Below are positions 49,501 through 50,381 of a stretch of 50,381 bases of DNA, piece after piece. The DNA comes from Phoronis australis (Eukaryota; Animalia; Phoronida). Within the stretch, counting starts at the first letter, position 1; every line of letters starts with the position of its first letter. The notes under the pieces are model-generated. The model was not told the DNA's origin. It saw only the letters and a list, made by a program, of their open reading frames with translations, and did no database searches. The stretch is taken from NCBI GenBank assembly GCA_002633005.1, contig NMRA01000157.1, positions 348,073 through 398,453 on the forward strand. Direction: 5' to 3'. Made by a program: the position numbers and the translations under genes.

Positions 49501-50381
49501 CGTGGTCTCCGTAGTGGGAAATCTCTCAAGGAACTCTCAGACATGATGGCGTTCTGTCGTTCAGTAAGTTTTCCAGACGTGAGGGGTTCCAAACGTTCGA
49601 TAATATCTGGCTCCTTTGTTAACTGCCCAGCACAGTCGTTTGTCCCGTATGACAACAAGCAGGCCAAGTATCTCCCAGGCTTCAAAGCGTTACTGAAACC
49701 TGGCACAATGGATTGTCTTAACTTCTGTTATAGTTGGGCGATTTTGGTGATTCAAAAACTAAACATGATCACCATTTGACAAGGAATTCAGAAAATTACT
49801 GATATTGGTTTATGTTCAAATATGTTGTAACTTAACTTTCATTTTTATAAGCACAGCCCAGTCAGTCTAGATACGATATGATCGGAGATTAGAGCAATTA
49901 TCGAAGTCAACAAAAGAGAGCCAGTTCTCCAACCCTAAATGCCAGAATGGAGTTAATCAGTCGTGTAAGATATTGGCTACAGGGGTGATCTTCCCAACTT
50001 GTTGTTGGGCTATAGAATCGAACAAGTTGGGAGCAATGGGAAAACACCATAATGGTCTAATGTAAAAAAACTAAAATTGCCACTAGGGGGCACAGTAGTA
50101 ATTGGATCGGTCAGATGCTGGTTGTCATCTGTTGTCAGCTTCATAGAACACATCTGCCATTTTGCACAGGGTTTAGGAGATACAGCTGCAGTGTGCGCTA
50201 GATGCCAACACAAAGATGACGGCAGTGCATACCCATGTAATATGTGGGTGCATAAACTGGGTGCAATTTAAAACACTTACTCATAATCGGCCTTTGAGAG
50301 GACTGGTTGTTTGCCATCAGATCGCAGTCTGTCTACTATCTTTGCGACAATATCGCCCAACTCGACATAACTAGCAGGGAC
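16170..50381 (-). CDS. LRRK1: ROCO-family leucine-rich repeat kinase (LRRK1/Lrrk/lrk-1 type), 5'-partial gene span with 22 coding exons: COR, kinase and WD40-like domains
   Basis: Manual splicing gives one open frame of 4332 nt with GT-AG boundaries and matching phases. Motifs: VPASY, ELHQATQFLHENGVLLHY, LYFLDPQWLC, FPSGFWARLITR, WECWQTG, VDHIDTLLEDWFP, CTRC...CEQH...APDL, GHGAFG, VAVK, IIYRDLK, LADYGISR, GTPPYMAPE, IYVGTMWGC. The LRR and ROC exons lie beyond the window. Confidence 0.93.
17163..17288 (-). CDS. LRRK1: LRRK exon, WD40-like: GFKVFHWDAESKKIKSILNCSKTIP...GTLE
   Basis: ttcag acceptor, gtatgt donor; WD...LxCSKxxP motif. Confidence 0.89.
19029..19207 (-). CDS. LRRK1: LRRK exon, WD40-like: QSELWCGLDSGYIHVM...AWSYVYP
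   Basis: ttgcag acceptor, gttcga donor; LWCG and WSYVYPG motifs. Confidence 0.88.
19836..19914 (-). CDS. LRRK1: LRRK exon, WD40-like: ELTQVLKRTVVSGRKLFCCAVVYREE
   Basis: ttttgcag acceptor, gtaaga donor; phase 1-2 bridges the neighbouring exons. Confidence 0.8.
20085..20450. mobile_element. hAT-like MITE, same family as 8156-8457
   Basis: Reverse-complement similarity at both ends. Confidence 0.6.
20476..21327. mobile_element. Non-autonomous hAT-like DNA transposon
   Basis: TIRs AGGGGTGCCAAC / GTTGGCAGTCCT; flanking 8-mers CCATTCAC / GCATTCAA (6 of 8 match); subterminal AATCCGTAA repeats. Confidence 0.6.
22093..22346. mobile_element. Harbinger/PIF-like MITE
   Basis: TIRs GGGTCAGTTTCATGA / TCATGAAAAAGACCC; CAG duplicated at 22090-22092 and 22347-22349. 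Confidence 0.75.
22579..22727 (-). CDS. LRRK1: LRRK exon, WD40-like: SAKDSYREV...EVYVGLSNGTVQVWSADN
   Basis: ttatag acceptor, gtaaga donor; within ORF 22535-22747. Confidence 0.87.
22900..23545 (+). mobile_element. Helentron/DINE-like non-autonomous element with degenerate internal repeat units
   Basis: Recurring CCAAATTTCATGAAAATCCAT-type units; 3' hairpin remnant followed by an A-run; related to 32395-32583 and 50075-50257. Boundaries approximate. Confidence 0.5.
23888..23985 (-). CDS. LRRK1: LRRK exon, WD40-like: TLDCNLGNKIQVMCVVKDTLWVADDSRCIHVF
   Basis: tttgcag acceptor, gtagaa donor; beta-propeller pattern. Confidence 0.85.
24074..24287 (-). mobile_element. tRNA-derived element with internal inverted repeat and 13-bp target duplication
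   Basis: TAAAACCATATCT at 24061-24073 and 24288-24300; arms TGGTCTGCATGCCACCTGT (24092) / ACAGATGACATGCAGACCA (to 24248); A-box-like TGGCTCAGTTTG and B-box-like GGTTCGAGTAC on the minus strand. Confidence 0.65.
25133..26097 (+). repeat. Near-identical copy of 24180-25131; probable uncollapsed haplotype
   Basis: Begins right after a single N at 25132; differs by SNPs and small indels. Confidence 0.85.
26255..26403 (-). CDS. LRRK1: LRRK exon, WD40-like region: DTCPEEVDDY...SEIWIAGY...CMESK
   Basis: tttaaag acceptor, gtattt donor; phase 1-0 fits both neighbours. Confidence 0.8.
26779..26890. repeat. ~110-bp hairpin made of two inverted tRNA-like B-box halves
   Basis: TAAACACAGAAAAACCAGGAAC..ACTGGGAATCGAACCACAGGT pairs with ACCTGTGGTCTGATTCCCAGT..GTTTCTGATTTTTCTGTGTTTA. 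Confidence 0.7.
26957..27204. mobile_element. Harbinger/PIF-like MITE
   Basis: TIRs GGGCCCGTTCCAA / TTGGAACAGGCCC; CTG duplicated at 26954-26956 and 27205-27207; internal CTTAA-rich repeats. Confidence 0.78.
27268..29062. mobile_element. Foldback element with ~550-bp imperfect inverted arms and ~670-bp spacer, in an LRRK intron
   Basis: 27268-27823 is the reverse complement of 28495-29062, e.g. GATTGAACTAGACCGTATTTATCCACCTTGGC. Confidence 0.88.
29324..29567 (-). CDS. LRRK1: LRRK exon, end of kinase: EARNPTNVLDLMVMCWSDKPSDRP...PPHE
   Basis: ccatag acceptor, gtaata donor; CW...RP subdomain XI. Confidence 0.92.
29860..30240. repeat. Purine-rich degenerate tandem repeat
   Basis: ACAAAGGGT..AGTCTGGAAGATGTAAGGCAGAGATGAG-like units. 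Confidence 0.65.
30492..30620 (-). CDS. LRRK1: LRRK exon, kinase C-lobe: ADCYSFGIFIYELLS...GGRPAITYK
   Basis: tttcag acceptor, gtaatt donor; DxxSFG motif. Confidence 0.94.
31815..32002. repeat. Degenerate ~50-bp tandem repeat
   Basis: CACATCAA..CAGAGGG(G)CACTA repeated three times, GGCATT three times. Confidence 0.75.
32089..32171 (-). CDS. LRRK1: LRRK exon, activation segment: GARGSAGTPPYMAPEILEHAGNETYTEK
   Basis: tttcag acceptor, gtgggg donor; APE motif. Confidence 0.94.
32395..32583 (+). mobile_element. 3' portion of the same Helentron/DINE-like family
   Basis: Terminal hairpin TGCACCCACA..TGTGGGTGCA (32549-32576) followed by CAAAAAT; shared CAGGGGTTTAGGAGAT. Confidence 0.55.
33113..33281 (-). 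CDS. LRRK1: LRRK exon, catalytic loop: VSSAMDFLH...IIYRDLKAENVLVW...KLADYGISR
   Basis: ttgcag acceptor, gtgggc donor; YRD and DYG motifs typical of LRRKs. Confidence 0.95.
35368..35619 (-). CDS. LRRK1: LRRK exon, kinase alphaC to hinge: SLKSKWMRDP...RREV...HPNVV...MVLELAPLGALD...IIVQ
   Basis: gccag acceptor, gtacgt donor; 252 nt. Confidence 0.93.
36103..36198 (-). CDS. LRRK1: LRRK exon, kinase: ESQKMTLDVAVKMLEPEDPGDGVDEDVKHYYK
   Basis: ttcttcag acceptor, gtgtga donor; VAVK catalytic lysine. Confidence 0.9.
37129..37242 (-). CDS. LRRK1: LRRK exon, kinase Gly loop: VFHDLAG...LLGHGAFGFVFRGKVTK
   Basis: cgcag acceptor; donor gttagt at 37128, with an alternative in-frame donor gttaca at 37137. 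Confidence 0.88.
38602..38743 (-). CDS. LRRK1: LRRK exon, end of COR: DASKQTDWPTLCCFMVELC...KCEQH...HVAPDL
   Basis: ccacag acceptor, gtaaga donor; CxxH and APDL motifs. Confidence 0.9.
39880..40805 (-). CDS. LRRK1: LRRK large exon, COR-B with coiled-coil insertion: VKEVVN...VDHIDTLLEDWFPDIGSRF...CTRC
   Basis: ttacag acceptor, gtaagc donor; 926 nt inside ORF 39876-40838. Confidence 0.92.
41169..41389. repeat. 21-bp minisatellite, about 10.5 copies
   Basis: ACACCCACTACTGTACCGTTA and ACACCCACTACTGTACAGTCA variants. Confidence 0.95.
41746..41910 (-). CDS. LRRK1: LRRK exon, COR: ALARVAQNLY...LSWECWQTGLRLMYDNQTILQ
   Basis: gctag acceptor, gtaaac donor; WxxWQTG motif; 165 nt. Confidence 0.9.
43455..43655. 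repeat. Degenerate ~45-bp tandem repeat
   Basis: ATGGTACACAGCTTGAAAAACTGTCTG repeated. Confidence 0.75.
43800..44147 (-). CDS. LRRK1: LRRK exon, COR: IPLCINT...RLVLMTFFPSGFWARLITRLLGDK
   Basis: ttctag acceptor, gtaaga donor; 348 nt, phase 0-0. Confidence 0.9.
44493..45041 (+). mobile_element. Probable solo LTR, antisense to LRRK
   Basis: TGTTA...TAACA termini; AATAAA at 44984-44989; flanking GAGG / GATG; T-rich composition opposite to the surrounding intron. Confidence 0.55.
45928..46124 (-). CDS. LRRK1: LRRK exon, COR: GNMQIDGL...LLQKFELAL...LLIPSLLP...APDR
   Basis: ttcag acceptor, gtgagt donor; within ORF 45919-46149. Confidence 0.92.
46943..47065 (-). CDS. LRRK1: LRRK exon, COR: GVLLHYKDVGLKNLYFLDPQWLCKLLARVIAVREVNGVHKC
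   Basis: cccag acceptor, gtaggt donor; conserved LDPQWLC. Confidence 0.93.
47388..48560 (+). repeat. Degenerate satellite-like array of ~175-bp units, probably Helentron-associated, interrupted by a short insertion at ~47834-48010
   Basis: Recurring AGTTTCATTGATATCCAT..TCTAGATAT..CCGGAAA and TAGGAGGTGCT blocks. Boundaries approximate. Confidence 0.5.
48553..48739. mobile_element. Degenerate copy of the 26957-27204 MITE family
   Basis: Shared TTAAGTCAAAAATGAACTTA and AGTCAGTTTCTTGGA...GGCCC end. Confidence 0.65.
48895..48983 (-). CDS. LRRK1: LRRK exon, COR: EYAVMEDDPGFDEKSPLTELHQATQFLHENG
   Basis: ttccag acceptor, gtaaat donor; conserved FLHENG. Confidence 0.92.
49545..50040. repeat. Dispersed repeat, longer copy of the 1255-1520 family
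   Basis: Reverse-complement match to 1255-1520; about 215 extra bases at ~49612-49826. Confidence 0.8.
50075..50257 (+). mobile_element. 3' portion of the same Helentron/DINE-like family
   Basis: CCACTAGGGGGCAC start, GAACACATCTGCCA, GGGTTTAGGAGAT, terminal ATGTGGGTGCATAAA. Confidence 0.55.
50281..50381 (-). CDS. LRRK1: LRRK exon (partial), start of COR: VPASYVELGDIVAKIVDRLRSDGKQPVLSKADY
   Basis: Open frame to the window end; donor gtaagt at 50280; phase 2. Confidence 0.88.

Overview
Eukaryotic, AT-rich, intron-containing genomic DNA, most likely from an invertebrate animal; the taxon cannot be fixed from this window. About two thirds of the window (16170 to beyond 50381, minus strand) is the 3' part of a ROCO-family leucine-rich repeat kinase gene of the LRRK1/Lrrk/lrk-1 type. 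I reconstructed 22 GT-AG coding exons with consistent phases (4332 nt, about 1443 aa) covering the COR domain, kinase domain (GHGAFG, VAVK, YRDLK, DYG, APE) and C-terminal WD40-like domain. The COR region carries an unusual ~150-aa coiled-coil insertion. Two small plus-strand genes lie to the left: a 105-aa two-transmembrane protein (3529-3846) and a 278-aa coiled-coil/disordered protein with an RVxF motif (10416-11252). The rest is dense with non-autonomous mobile elements: Harbinger-like MITEs with CWG target duplications, hAT-like MITEs, a 1.8-kb foldback element, a probable solo LTR, a LINE 3' remnant interrupted by a Penelope-like inverted fragment with a hammerhead-like motif, tRNA-derived foldback elements, Helentron-like elements and minisatellites. 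Two ~1-kb tandem duplications each abut a single N and look like uncollapsed haplotypes. No CRISPR array, rRNA or intact tRNA was found, and I cannot claim a new multi-gene system here.
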